DNA of 63,809 nucleotides, from assembly GCF_004010195.1 (NCBI RefSeq), contig NC_057720.1, positions 30,438,927 through 30,502,735 of the forward strand, given 5' to 3'. The notes beneath the pieces are model-generated. The model ran no database searches. It had not been told where the DNA came from and worked only from the letters and a program-made list of their open reading frames with translations. This document shows, piece by piece, positions 25,770-39,327 of the stretch. Source of the stretch: Chiloscyllium plagiosum (taxonomy: Eukaryota). The translations under genes were made by a program, and so were the position numbers. Position 1 is the first letter of the stretch. Each line of letters opens with the position of its first letter.

Positions 25770-26849
25770 ACCCTCTGCTGGATAGTTTTGAACCACTTGA
25801 GGATATTTAAAAACTTTGTATATAGTGAATGACAACTTTCTCACTCTCAAGTTTGTACAAGTGATAAGCTTATTAGATATGCTAGAGGTTTATGCATTTT
25901 GTCATACCTACATAGCTCCTGACATCTGCCCATAATGGATACTTGGTGAGTGATACAGAGTTGGTATGATGTCAGAAGAGGGACATGACTTAACATGCAG
26001 GCTATGAGGAGCCACAGGGAGGATGGGGTCAAGGGCATGTGGGGGGGGTGGGAGCTAGGGGACCTAATGGCTTGTAAAATAACTGGCACAAAATGCCAGA
26101 GAATCAAGATGCACCTTCCATCCTTGGCACTTGCCTGTCCCTGTGCCTGTCTATCATCTGCTTCTGAGGCCCACAGCCCAACTCTATATCTCTCTCCTGC
26201 TTCCACAGAATGAAAATTGTATGTATTAGGGCACTTTTTCCTGAGGCAAGTCGAGCAAGTCAAGACATTTTACAACTCTTGTTCCACATCTTGGTGGTGA
26301 AAAAGTGGTTGCCAGTTACGATACAGCCTCAATTTCAAGGTTTTGACTGGGTACACTGTTTTACTTTGAAATTAATTCAGTAATAATGATTTTTTAAAAT
26401 TCACTACTCATAAATCTAGTTTCTGATCATATTTACTATTTTTGATTTAACAGTAGATGGCTGAAATATTATTTTAGATTATTATTCACCAGAATGGAGC
26501 CCCCTTGAGCTAATGTGACTTCTAATGCAGAGAACAACATGTTGTTTGGGGAATGGTTAATGTTGCATGTTGATAGAATACAAATATTTAAATTCAAATT
26601 TCAAGGAGTGATGAAGCATCTTTTCTTCAGAAAACTGGTTCCTTTTTGCTACCCTGTTACAATGGTAAGTTTTGAAGGAAAAGGGTTGGGGACATGAGAG
26701 AATCTATTATTTTGGTTCATCTCAAACAACGATAACATTGAGAGTGTGACACCATAGTGCACAAGAAAGCTTCAGACTGAGAAAAAGAACAGTCAATATA
26801 TCCAAGCTTATCCAGCTGATACATTAACCATCTCATGTTGCCCAATACT

Positions 26850-27520
26850 TCCCAGACGGCAATAGATTAATATTCTAGTGGTATTTTCACTAGAATATTA
26901 ATCCAGAGATCCAAATGAAATCTGGCACCTGGGTTTCAATCCCACCATGTTAGATAGTGGAGTTTGAAGTCAATAAATTTCTGAAATTAAGAGTGTCATG
27001 TTGATGTTTTTTTATTTAGTCATTCACAGAACAAGGATGTTGCTGGCTGGACCAACACTTATTTTCCATGCCTAATTGCCCAGAGGATAATTAAGAGTCC
27101 AACACATTGCTGGAGGTCTGGAGTCACATGTAGGCCAGACAAGTTAAAGTTGGCAGTTTCCTTTCCTAAAGGACATTATTGAATCAAATGAGTTTTTCTT
27201 AATTCCAAATTTTTATTGAATTCAAATTCCACCATCTTCCATGGGATTCAAACCCAGGTGCCATTACCTGGGTCTCTGGATTAGCAGTCCAGTGATAATA
27301 CCACGATGCTGTGACCTCCCTGTGTATGCAACTATTGTCATAAAAACACGTCTGGTACATTTATGTGCTTTATGGAAGGAAACTACTTTCCATACCTGGT
27401 CTGGTTTAAAAGTGACTCCTGACCCACAACAATGTAGTTGACTCTTAACTGCCTTCTGGGCAATTAGGGATGAGCAATAAATGTTGATTTAGCCAGTGTC
27501 GTCCATGTGAATGAATAATT
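26850..27520. mobile_element. tRNA-SINE (+) with a same-family SINE (-) nested at about 27010-27320
   Basis: The outer 5' and 3' halves are colinear with 63067-63332; the inner copy is the reverse complement. Confidence 0.7.
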
Positions 27521-27994
27521 TTTTTAAAAAATGACACGCATCTCACCAGTTTCCAAATAGGTAGATAAATTTTAAATGACTTGTACTGTTTTCTTCAAAA
27601 GGCTTGAGAGAATTTAAAAATGTCTCAGTAATTTGGATTGAGCTCTATAATCTTTGTTTATAAATTTTGACAATGCTATCTAGTTTTGGGTTTGTTGGCC
27701 TCACCTGCAGAATTTAACATTGTGTATATTTCAGCGATGTTCCTCATAAACCATTTATTTTCTAGAGTGTAAACGTTTCTATATTTTGGTCAGAGTGATT
27801 TGAATTTTCACACATCACTTTGATATAAAATTACCCCTTGGTTTCTTCAGTTGGCCCCTGATGCTGATATTATTCTATCCATATTTACCTTTGGCACACA
27901 TATTTTTAATCTATCTTTATTAATTTCCACTAAATCTCATTTTCTGTGCAAATCACGAGTTTCCGAAGGGCCTAAAATTACAGCAGTCCTGCTA

Positions 27995-28520
27995 CACCTT
28001 GTCATAATGGTAGGCCTCTTGCTTCAGAGTCAGAAGGTCCCTGTGTTGTCAGTGCAGTGCCATACTGAAGCGCAGAACCATTGAAGATCCTGAGACGTAA
28101 AGGATCCCTTGCCATTACTTGAGGAAGAATGGAAGAGTTTCAGTGATCTTATCAACAATTATCTCTTTACTCAGAGAGTAGTAAGGGCATGGAATGCACT
28201 GCCTCCAACAGTTGTAGACTCACCAACTTTATGCGCATTTAAATGGTCATTGGATAGACATATGGATCAAAATGGAATAGTGTAAGATAGATGGGCTTCA
28301 GATTAGTTCCACAGATCAGCTCAACATCAAGGGACGAAGGGCCTGTACTGTGCTGTAATGTTCTATGTTCTATGTTGTATTGCTCAAACACTCCCGAAAA
28401 CAGATGACCTGACATGTTTTCATTGTTTGTGTGACTTTGCTGAGGGCAAATTGGCTGCTATATTTCCTGCATAATATCATTGGCTGTGAAGTGATTTGGA
28501 AAATCATGACATTCTGAAAA
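27995..28520 (+). mobile_element. Deu-domain SINE interrupted by a CR1 3' tail (about 28165-28375)
   Basis: gacgtaaaggatccc...caaattggctgc...cattggctgtgaag Deu-like motifs. Confidence 0.6.
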
Positions 28521-28644
28521 TTAAAGCCTTTTTTCTTTTTTAATTCTTTACCAACCCAAATGATTGGAGCAGAGCCCCAGCCACTCTTCAGAAGGATATA
28601 GAACCAATGTCAAATCATAGTTTTGGCAAAAGGTAAAGCAAAAA

Positions 28645-29120
28645 AACAGTCTTGCATTTGAATAGAATCTTTAACAATCTCAGGATACCCAAAGCTGCTT
28701 TACAGCCATTGAAGTACTTCTGAAATGTGGAAATTGGGTCAGCCGATTTGCACACAGCATGTTTGCACAAACAGCAATGTGAAAATGATCAAATAAGACA
28801 ATTTTGTAAATTTGACTGAGAGATAAATATTGAAAATGTGTTGCTGGAAAAGTGCAGCAGGTCAGGCAGCATCCAAGGAACAGAGAATCGACGTTTCGGG
28901 CATAAGCCCTTATTCAGGAATCTTCAGGATTCCTGAAGAAGGGCTTATGCCCGAAACGTCAATTCTCCTGTTCCTTGGATGCTGCCTGACCTGCTGCGCT
29001 TTTCCAGCAACACATTTTCAGCTCTGATCTCCAACATCTGCAGTCCTCACTTTCTCCTGAGAGATTAATATTGCCTAGTACTTAGAGGATAATTCTCATG
29101 TCTCCTTCAAGATCATGCTC
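28645..29120 (-). mobile_element. Deu-domain SINE (antisense) hosting a Penelope-like foldback
   Basis: cttgcattt...ctttacagccattgaagtacttctgaa...gccgatttgcacacagca. Confidence 0.6.
28833..29057. mobile_element. Penelope-like foldback element with an intact hammerhead core (28933-28960)
   Basis: CTGAAGA-A-GGGC-TTAT-GCCC-GAAA-CGTC; TSD tgagagat(a/t)aatattg on both sides. Confidence 0.8.
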
Positions 29121-29464
29121 ACGTAACTCATGTAAGTTGTGAGTGTTACCAAATGAGCCACAGCTGAATAAGAAAAAGCCATTTAAATATTAGTGATTTT
29201 AGCTATTTCAATTGACAGGAAAACCTAAGGCTTGAGCAGTCACATAAAGGCAAGTCAATAATTTTAAAATGCTCCCCTATCAGGTTGAGAAGAATGCCTG
29301 CTGTATGAGGGTTACCTTTGGGGTCATTTAGCATTGCCTCTCCAAGCAAACTCTCTGAGCTGCCCAGAGTACTGGTAAGGCCTTACAAGGATATAACAAA
29401 CTTAAATCCTGGGATAGTCCAGGAACTTCCCAGATACATGGAACCTAACCTCTGTCTTATTGTG

Positions 29465-29838
29465 GAGGAAGTGAAGACTGCAGATACTGGAGATCAGAGT
29501 CGAGAGTACTGGAAAAGCATAGCCGGTCAGCCAGCATCCGAGGAGCAGGAGAATCAACGTTTTGGGCATAAGCCCTTCATCAGCATCTGAAGTCCTCACT
29601 TTCTATAAGTATCTGATTTCAACTCTGCTGTGAAGCCTTTTCAAAGGATGCCTACTTTGAAGAAGTTCTCCTCCTCTCTCTACAAAGATCTCAGTGAGTC
29701 CCTCTCTCATTGTACTCCCCAAGTCCTCTCCTCTGCCCTGAAACTCTTTTCCTGATGAAAGGCTTATGCCCGAAACATCGATTCTCCTGCTCCTCGGGTG
29801 CTGCCTGACCGGCTGTGCTTTTCTAGCACCACACTCTC
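29465..29838. mobile_element. Penelope-like foldback element, 17-bp TSD
   Basis: TSD acctctgtcttattgtg at 29448-29464 and 29839-29855. Confidence 0.82.
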
Positions 29839-30764
29839 ACCTCTGTCTTATTGTGTCTTGTATTTAATGTAGAGCTTTCTTGGATCTTGTGACTTTCCAA
29901 ATATGTTTGTCACAGAGGTTTAAAATAAAGGCAGTTGATTTATTAAATAGATTATGCCTTAACAATTTATTTTGTTTTATATCTGTGAACTGTCAGATAT
30001 ACATTACAATTTGTGGCAATGTGTGTATTGTTCACACGGGTGGATTTTTTTGAATTTTCATGTTCATTGTGGCACGAGAGTTTTATTTAACATGAAGAAG
30101 AGTGCATGGGAACACTTGTTCAATTATCCAGACAGAGCTGTATTATGGACATTCTTCCAGATGGGAAATCATTTCAAGAGCACAATCATGGAAAGTGTTT
30201 AACTACTTTTGACCATTTTTATTTTGGGTATCTTTTCTGTTGGCATTTGTGCCAATTGGTATTCATCCTTGTTTCATATTCCAAGCTCCCTTTCCTGCTT
30301 TCCAAAGGGAACTTTCTTAAAATGGTGTAATTGGAGGAAGATGAGAAAGTCAGGACAATCTACCAAGGCTATCTATTTATCTATGTTCTGTGTTTTCTTG
30401 CTGGTACCCAAATCTATAGACAGTACTGATAGTATTGTTCATTCAGCAGACCACCTATATTGCAAGGTTTTTAGCCAAATGAAAACTGCTCAAGCTAACT
30501 GCTGATAGCATCGCTATGATATGTGTATGGTTGACTAAGCTTCAGGTTGGATGGATTTTGAGCAGCACATCAACATGGTTTACATTATACTATATAACAG
30601 TCAATTGTTCAGATGTCAAAAAGCTCAGAATTGTTTGATCAATTTCACTATGAGGCCTCTGATCATTTCTAAAATCTCATCACACCTAACTGGAAACCAG
30701 GCTTGTGAATGTCTGGGTCAATGAATAACAGATTCACAACAGAGATTCCTGCTGTAAAAGATGG

Positions 30765-30970
30765 TGCTTGTATGGAATAAGCTACCAGAGGAAGTTGTAG
30801 AGGTTTGTATAATTACAACATTTAATGGACATCTCGATGGGTATATGAATGAGAAGAGTTTAGAAGGATATGGGTCAAGTGGTGGGAATAGATTAATTTA
30901 GGATATCTGGTCAGCATGGACGAGTTGGACTGAAAGGTCTGTTGCTGCGCTGTACATCTCTATAACTCAG
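30765..30970 (+). mobile_element. CR1 3' fragment
   Basis: tggaataagctaccagaggaag...ctgtacatctc. Confidence 0.8.
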
Positions 30971-31239
30971 TGACTACTGAGCACAAATGTAGCATCATTC
31001 TTACACATGCAGGGACTTTAATGATTTGCAGTGGCCTAAAACCTCATTATATTTGTTTCTAGATAAATTGACATATAGCAACAGAGAACATTGAATGGCA
31101 AAAAGGATACGAGCTGCTTTTCATCACTGCCATGACTTAATGCACCTTCAAACAATAATGGTTGCTCCACCACTCCAACATTTATTCTATTATTCTTAGG
31201 ATGTAGACATCACTTCCAACTTTATTAAACATTCCTAAT

Positions 31240-31890
31240 TCGGCTGACAAATAGCAAGTAACATTTGCATTCTGGATGTGTCAGGTAATGACCATCTCTA
31301 ACAAGAGAGAATCTAACCCTTTTCCTTCTGTGTTCAAGAGCATTGCCCATTATTGAATTCCTATCACAATTTACATCTTGGGGTTACCATTAACTAAAAC
31401 TGAATTGAACTAGACAAATAAATACTGTGGCTTAAGAGAAGGTTGATGCCTCGGAATACTGCAGCACGTAAATCACCCTTTGGCTTCCCAAAGCCTGTCA
31501 CCATTTATAAGGCACAAATTAGGAGTATGTTGGAATACTTCTCAATTTTCTAAATGAGTGCAGTTTCAACAACATCCAAAAAGCTTGACATCATCCAGGT
31601 CAATGAAGTCCACTTAATTGGTACCATATGCACAAATATTCAGTCTCTCCACAATTGATGTTCAGTAGCTACAGTATGCACTTCTAAACCTACAACCATT
31701 ACCGTCTAGAAAGACATGGACAGCAGATACATGGGAACTCCGTCACTTGCAAGTTCCACTCCTAGCTACTCACCATCTTGACTTGGAAAACTATTACTGT
31801 TCCTTCACTGTCACTGAGTTGTAGCCCTAGAAATACCTTCCCGATGGCATTGTAGGCTATCTTAGCAATCCTCGCGTCTCATGCATGAAA
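31240..31890 (+). mobile_element. Old CR1-group LINE 3' fragment
   Basis: Decayed IYKAQIRSMLEY-like coding block; 3' region shared with 43150-45145 and 56000-56320. Confidence 0.6.
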
Positions 31891-33074
31891 TTTTAAAATG
31901 CCTTTGAAAAGGTGGGAGGTGAACATCCTTCTCAAGTACAACTGAATTACTTTCTAAGCAACTTTAAAGGACAGACAGCAGTTATCACATTGTTCTGGAT
32001 CTGGAGTCAAATACAGACCAGACTATGCAAGGATGGCAGTTTTGCTTCCCTAAAAGCATGAGCAAATGATGTGTCTGTGTTTTTCAGTTATAATGTCACT
32101 TTTATTGGTAGTTTTTATGTCATCTTTATCTAATTAACAGGATTTAAATCCACAAGTTACAGCAGTGGATTTGAACTTATGCCTCATTAGTCCAAACTCT
32201 GGATTTCTGGCTCATTAAGTAACCATTATGTTACCACATTTGCCTGAAGCCTTATATTTTGATTTGTCTTTTTATAATGTTCTCAATATTCTCATCTTTT
32301 ACAAAGACTATTTATGGATTGAAATAATCACTAATAGTTTTCAGAAAATTTTCCCCTTATTACGATTCTTTAGTAGCTCTTCATTGCTCTTTAAATTTTC
32401 CTTATAAGAAATTTTCATTACCCACTGCAAATTTTCTCCTCAGATCCATCTAAGATCAGAATGGATGCTGTAAATAACTGTACTGATGTTTTTAAACATG
32501 TGAATTAAGTGCATCACATTTTCACCAGTGTTTATAATTAACTAATTTTGAAGATGAAAATCAATTTAAGTCAACAGGAATCGTTATTGCACAGCAATAT
32601 GTTAGAACCATAGATCTGAATTGAATTTCCTTTTGGCGAGAACAGGCAGTCTATAAGCAATAATATGGTACAAATTCTTCATGGGTTGAGGAAAAGACTA
32701 TACTCTGCATACTTAACCAGAGATGCAATGTGTCAATCAGGACAGTTTTTCTTGTAACACATGAGGAAATGTCCATCGCCAGTATGTGGGCAACAATCTG
32801 ACAGATTGTCGGCCCATTTTGGGATCCATCTATTGAAAACAACAGAATTAAAATTAGTTGGGTTATATAACAGGTTGGAAGTTGCTTCCCTCTGATCACT
32901 ACTAGACTGAGATTGAACGTTTATTGAATAATATTTTCAGAGCAAACAAAACATTAATATCTCTTGGATATAAAGACTTCTTTTCACTTTTCTGCATTTT
33001 TGACTGTTCACTGAATTGGGAAAAGAGCTGTCAAGGATTATGGAAGGGAATACTGGACTTCTTATTCGCGAGTT

Positions 33075-33990
33075 ATAGAATCATAAGTCATAGAGACGTA
33101 CAGCACAGAAACAGACCCTTCTGTACAACCCGTCCATGCCAACCAGTTATCCCAACCCAATCTAGTCCCATCTGCCAGCACCCGGCCCATATCCCTCCAA
33201 ACCCTTCCTATTCATATACCCATCTAAATGCCTTTTAAATGTTGCAATTGTACTAGCCTCCACCACTTCCTCTGGCAGCTCATTCCATATACATACTACC
33301 CTCTGCGTGAAAAAGTTGCCCCTCCGGTCCCTTTTATATCTTTCCCCTCTCACCCTAAACCTATGCCCTCTAGTTCTGAACTCCCCCAACCCAGGGAAAA
33401 GATTTTGTTTATTTATCCTATCCACGCCCCTCATAACTTTGGTCACCCCTCAGCCTCTGACGCTCCAGGGAAAATAGCCCCAACCTGTTCAGCCTCTCCC
33501 TATAGCTCAAATCCTCCAACCCTGGCAACATCCTTGTCAATCTTTTCTGAACCCTTTCAAGTTTCATATTTTTCTGATAGGAAGGAGACCAGAATAGCAC
33601 TCAATATTTCAACAGTGGCCTAACCAATGTCCTGTACAGCAGTAACATGACCTCCCAACCCCTGTACTCAATACTCTGACTGATAAAGTAAAGCATACCA
33701 AACACCTTCTTCACTATCCTATCTACCTGCGACTCCACTTTCAAGGAGCTATGAACCTGCACTCCAAAGTCTCTGTTCAGCAACACTCCCTAGGACCTTA
33801 CCATTAAGTGTCTAAGTCCTGCGAAGTTTTGCTTTGCCAAAATGCAGCACCTCACATTTATCTGAATTAAACTCTATCTGCCACTTCTCAGCCCATTGGC
33901 TCATCTGATCAAGATCCTGTTGTAATCTGAGGTAACCTTCTTCGTTGTCCACTACACCTCCAATTTTGGTGTCATCAGCAAACTTACTAA
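33075..33990 (-). mobile_element. CR1 LINE 3' part
   Basis: Antisense RT C-terminal motifs (GVQVHSSLKVESQV; RTRGHRFRVRG). Confidence 0.93.
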
Positions 33991-34502
33991 CTCTATTGTT
34001 TACACAACTGCTTGTTCCAATTGTGGGGGAAGATTACTGCAGCTGGGCTCTCATTATGCATGTGTACAAAAAAATTTGGCTGGCAACAGGGAGCTGATTG
34101 GCTTGTGGAAAGGTGACTAGTTGTCAGTAACTAAGCCTGCCAACAACAATATGATTGGCTCCTGGGCAGCTGAACAGTTTCAAGGTCTGAATGATATGAC
34201 CAAAGCCTTTGGATCTCCAAAGGGTAGGAGGTGGCTCTTTCTGTCAGAAAAACATTATTATTTATTTTATTTTCCTTCACCAGTCACTGTGAGCCATAAT
34301 TTTTAACAAATAAATTACAGTTATTATAATCTGTGAACCAGATTCTGTGCCTCCTGCAGGGAAGTGAAAGAACCCAGAGAAGAAAGACTGAAGATCGGCA
34401 AGTCTTGGCCAGCAAAACATTAATCTCAGTGAACCCTGTCAATAGGGACTATTGAACTACTTTCCCACCTTTTTCCCTCCATCCATTACCTCAATATTTT
34501 TA

Positions 34503-34640
34503 CAAAAACCAAAAGAACTGCACATGCTGGAAATAAGAAACAAAAAAAAAATTGTTGGAAAAGCGCAACAGGTCTGGAAGCATCCATGGAGAGAAGTCAG
34601 TTAACGTTTCAGGTCCAGTGACCCTTCCTCAGAACAACCA
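34503..34640 (-). mobile_element. Penelope-like terminal fragment, fourth family, with hammerhead core (34600-34635)
   Basis: Minus strand reads GTT-CTGAGGA-A-GGGTC-ACTG-GACCT-GAAA-CGTT-AAC. Confidence 0.7.
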
Positions 34641-35366
34641 ATTTTTTTTTTGTCTGTCCATATCTATACATGTGCGTAGGGGGCAGTTTTATAAGAGGGT
34701 TCAAGTTTTAACTGATAGAATTATGTATCAACAATTCATAGGTTTTACTGTAGCCGGAATCTATTTATTTGTAATTTTTGTTAGATAGAGAAGCCGGGTC
34801 CAAGCTTTCCATCAAACTGGGTATAAACAGATAGAAAAATTAGGAAGTTTTGCATACTTTCATAAAACGTATAACTTTTGTGATGACTCCAGGAATAGCA
34901 GAGCTTGATTTCCAACATGCCACCCCAGTGAGGTGAAATATAGAACTAATATATAATGCTTTTGTATCCAGGGTAAAAGTGCACTGATGGTAAAGTTTGA
35001 TGCCAACCTTATTTTACAAAGCAAATAAAATTACCACCATCAGATCATAATATTTAAGGCTCAATGGCAGGCAAGTACAGTGTTCATGTGTAAAACACCA
35101 CCCAACCAAATCATGCAATTTTCTGCCAACCTATGTTTAGCTAAAAGTAAATTTGCCTAGTAATCATCCTCCACAGAAATGGAATAAAATGGAAAATCTA
35201 TGATTAACTCAACTATGTCATCACAACAACTTTGTTTGCTCTGCATCCTGTTATCATCTATAGTTTGAATGAAAATTAAGTTATTCTTTAAAAAAGCAGA
35301 ATGACAAAATTTTACAAACTGTGAGGGTGCCTGCTTTGAGGGAAGGTCACTGATACAAAAGTATCC

Positions 35367-36702
35367 TGTGATGATACTATGGCTTTAAGAAGTGCATTTT
35401 GACCTTTATATTTGAAGAGTGGTTTTAAGACAGAGGTTGCAAGCTGTCTATTTGAATCCAATAAATTAAACAGCTTGTGGTGCCTCGGAATCCGACTTTA
35501 ATTCGTTCCAGAAGTCTGCTCCAATTGCGAAAAGTTCAGATTCCGAAACTATTTTCCCAATAAGAAAAAATGGAAAGTGAATTAATCCGTTTCTGGACCC
35601 AAAATAAAAACATTTTCAAGACACTTTTAGCTGCAAGTGCACGTGGTTAAGGTAAAATAAGATGAGTAAATGACCTAAATATCAAATATTTGATGTTTGT
35701 CTCAATTGGAGTAAATAGAGCACAGGAGACTCAATTGTCGTTCTCACGGACTTCCTCTTACTTGCTTCACTGCTCTTCTTGGGTGCCATGGTGAATGCAC
35801 AAGGGTGATAATTTTTAAAAAAAGCACAAATCAAGGTGAAAACATGAGGTAAACTAGTGATGGACACATGAGAGATGCTTTCACGACTAATTCCCAGGAC
35901 AAACTGAACAAACAATGTGCGACCTGAACAGTACGTGGTGTTCGGATTCTTAAAATGTGTTTGGATTTTAGGGCAAAATGTTCTCGAAATAATTGTTCGG
36001 ATTCCAATTTGTTCAAACAATAGGGTGTTCGGATTCCCGGGTCAGCACTGTAGTTGGAATAATAGGAGCTGGCTGAATGGGTGGGGCTCAAGCTCCCCCA
36101 GAGCCAGGGCTTTGAGTTTAAGTTTTTCAGTAGTAGTTGCTGGGACTTTGAAACTGGATTTGGAAGCTACAGTATACCTTCCTCTCTTCTCCCACTCTCT
36201 TTGCCCCTTCCTTCTCTTCCTTTCTCCTTTTCTTCTACCAGGGCCTTCCTTTCCTTTCTCTTTTCCTCTGCTTTTAATCGTATTGCAAATTGTTTCACTT
36301 TTTTTCTCTTTCTCATTCTTTTGCATCTAACTCAATCTACTTCATTTTCAATTAAACTTTAACAATTTCCAAAGATTCCAATGGCATTCTTGACAATTAT
36401 AAATGCTATGCAATTGCCACAATTATCTCTCCTTTCCTCATAGACACAGGCAACCCCAACTCCAACTTGTTTACCTTGCTGACTTATTTGTAAAACTCCC
36501 AAAGTGATGTTTTGCACCCCCAGGAAACTCTTAGCAACTTGAAGAGCCATTACTCACAAGGCACACCCTATTCAAACCAATGATTCAACACCTGAAATAA
36601 AAGAAACAGCAACACTCATCACTTGCTGCTCGGAACCTCTATCCTAAAACCTTTCTTAAAAAAAAAACAAAATACATCTCTTATAGCCATAGTATCATCA
36701 CA
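35367..36702. mobile_element. TG...CA element with long terminal inverted repeats and a 4-bp TSD (Ginger-like, non-autonomous)
   Basis: TIR tgtgatgatactatggct... 31/35 identical between ends; ATCC at 35363-35366 and 36703-36706. Confidence 0.65.
35477..36050 (-). mobile_element. Tigger/pogo-like deletion derivative nested in the TIR element
   Basis: Ends gtggtgcctcggaatccga and tcggattcccgggtcagcactg-TA; antisense MAPKKSSEASKRKSVRTTIE resembles a Tigger N-terminus. Confidence 0.7.
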
Positions 36703-38121
36703 ATCCTGCTGCTTAATTAGCAATCATGGGAACCATTTCAAGTACTACAGAACTAGGACATGGCAGAATATGTAACTGTATTCTGAATGAATCACATTAT
36801 AAAGTTTTACTGAGGTTTTCTATTTTATCAAACTTTAGGAGGTAGTACAACTTCTTAATGACAAAACACCGGGTTTGCTGGCACAGTGCAGCATATCTAT
36901 TGATAATTTCTGCACGATATTTAGAGTCATTCATCTTGTAACCAATTGTCTAATCTGAAAGAGGACTGTACTGGTGTTTCAGATGAGCCTACAGAGCTTT
37001 TATTGGATTTTTTTCTCCAAAAGCAGCTTGACAGCATATTCTTAAAATGAAAGTGGAATGACGTGATAAAGAAATCCTTGTAATTTAATGTGCTTTGTTG
37101 ACATTTTCTCCACCCCCCTCCCCCCATCAGAAACAGGCATCCTTTAATTGGTGAAACAGAACCTCACCTGCATTTAAAGTATGAATGAACATGGAATTAG
37201 GGAGAGGTCAGGATATTAAAGGTCAGCTATTTAATTATAACTTTTTGGCTGGCATATCTCAAAATGCAGACCTGAAAAAAAAATTCAGGGCTAACAGTCA
37301 CTGTAATTCTTAAAGCCCTCAATTAAAAAGACTAACATATAACCCCTTTTAAAGAAGTGGTGATATTCTAGCATCCACAGCAGTTAAAAACACATGTAAA
37401 ACTGCAGGCCCTGTGGTTTTAGTATGGACATAAACTATCATTTTATAGGAGCCTTTCATTGTCATTATGTATCCTAGAGTAACGTTGCTTCTGTGCACAA
37501 AGACAAAAAGCAAAAGAAAACTGGAAATGCAGAGTCCATGCAGGCTGGAGAACAAAGATCACAATCTCACCAGGAGACTCAGCAAACGCAAAAGAATTGC
37601 TTTGACGAAACACAACCAAGAAAATGGAACATGAGAGGTGAGGCATGTCAGAATGTATCTGACAGTCAGTGGAAGGGAGCAGAACAGTCTTTTTCTCAAT
37701 TTTCAGACTTGGGCTAACCCAATGTTTATTGCCCATCTGTCTAGCTGTCCAGTTAGTGGTTTGGTATGACTGACTTGGTTGACCTCAGAGGGGAGTTAAC
37801 CACCTTAAACATGGGTTTAAATTGGACAGAATGGGTCAGAACAGTAGATTAAAGAGAAATAGTTAAAAATTTAATGATAATTTATATTTCACGGTCATTT
37901 TTAATGGCACCATTCATTATTTTCAGCTGTTTCTAAATTGAGCTCACATTACCAAAAATGCCATGGTGTGATTTGAACTCACTTTCTATGGATTAGTTTC
38001 AATGTTGCCATTTTAGTTCAGTTCTCTGGATTATTAATCCAGTAACATAACTAAAACATCACTGTAGGAGATACAAAATACAAAATTTTATGATTTATTT
38101 TTATATTTTATAATCAATGTA

Positions 38122-38295
38122 CAGAGGAACTTCAATTATCTGGCATTCGATTATCCGAATTTGGGATTATCTGGCAAGATCACATGGTCCGGATGCTCAG
38201 CTAAACTGTGTTATCTGGCATTCGATTGTCCAAACACTTGATTATCCGACAAAATATTCCCTGCCCGTGGCATTCAAATAATTGAGGTTCCTCTG
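38122..38295. mobile_element. Tc1/mariner-Tigger-type MITE (174 bp)
   Basis: TIR cagaggaac(t/c)tcaattat, TA on both sides, internal cgattatcc repeats. Confidence 0.88.
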
Positions 38296-38369
38296 TATTG
38301 AATTGCTTCAATATTGTAATAAATGTAGTAGACCTTTAAGAAAGTAAAAACTTCCATATATATATATAT

Positions 38370-38715
38370 ACGCAACAGTTTGCTTTACCTCACAAATTCC
38401 AAAGTGTATCCCAGCCAATTAAGACTTTTGAAGTGTAGCACTTTGGTAATATAGGGAATTAGATTGTGTATGACACTATCTGGTAAACAGTGACAGAATA
38501 AACTGCTCGGGATGTTTGAGTGATGATAGTTAAGAAACAAATTTTGGCCAGGGTATTGGAAGAAAACCACTGCTCATACCACAACAGGGATGAGCTCTGG
38601 GTTTAATGTTTCATCTTATGGATGGTACATCTGCTGGCACAGGATTCCAAAAATTCAAACTAAATAATATGTTCAGGTTTCTGGAGTGCAGCTTAAATCC
38701 ATGACCTCCTCACTC
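38370..38715 (-). mobile_element. Degenerate Deu-domain SINE upstream of BSND
   Basis: cagccaattaagacttttgaagtgtagcact...tttaatgtttcatc...catgacctcctcactc. Confidence 0.5.
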
Positions 38716-39320
38716 GAGTTTATTTAAATACAGAAAAGCTTTATAAGTCACCTGTTGTTCCCAGCTACAGCTCTTAAGGGCTGTGAGATGGACTGATAAA
38801 CAGGAGGCAGCTTTATTATCATTATAAATAAGTGGTAATGGAATATAGGACAAAGGGTGAACAAATTCAACGGATTGTGCAATAGCACATTATTGGCATT
38901 CCAATTATTAAAGTATCAAAAATTAACAGTAAATCAGACAAGGTCTTGGTGAGTTATAATTTTGCATGCAAATTATTCAGCAGGCAAGTATATGCAGATT
39001 AAAATTACCCAGAGTTTGAAAGGTTAAATATTTTGAATACAAATAGCTGATCGAGACTTCAAAAGTTACTTACATTCCTGTAACTCTGAACATGATGTCC
39101 ATTTTACCTTTTAATTACTTCAGTAAAGAAAATGCCCATAAAATACAAGATATCGTCTTTTCTTTAAATACAACTAAATTCATAAATCTGTTTATGGTTA
39201 AACAAGGATGTATTAATTTCAGTGCTGCCATTTTATCTTTGTTATTGCAATATGGAGAGTTATTGAATACTGTACATTCCTGATGCCTGAATGCCTGGAG
39301 GGAAGGTTATAGCTAACGGC

Positions 39321-39327
39321 TATAAAA
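39321..39327 (+). promoter_or_regulatory. Candidate BSND TATA box
   Basis: TATAAAA about 270 nt upstream of the BSND ATG, in non-repetitive sequence. Confidence 0.4.

Noticed and set aside
35917..36362. Hydrophobic and Lys/Arg-rich ORFs
   Set aside because: Artefacts of a CT-rich low-complexity tract inside a mobile element.
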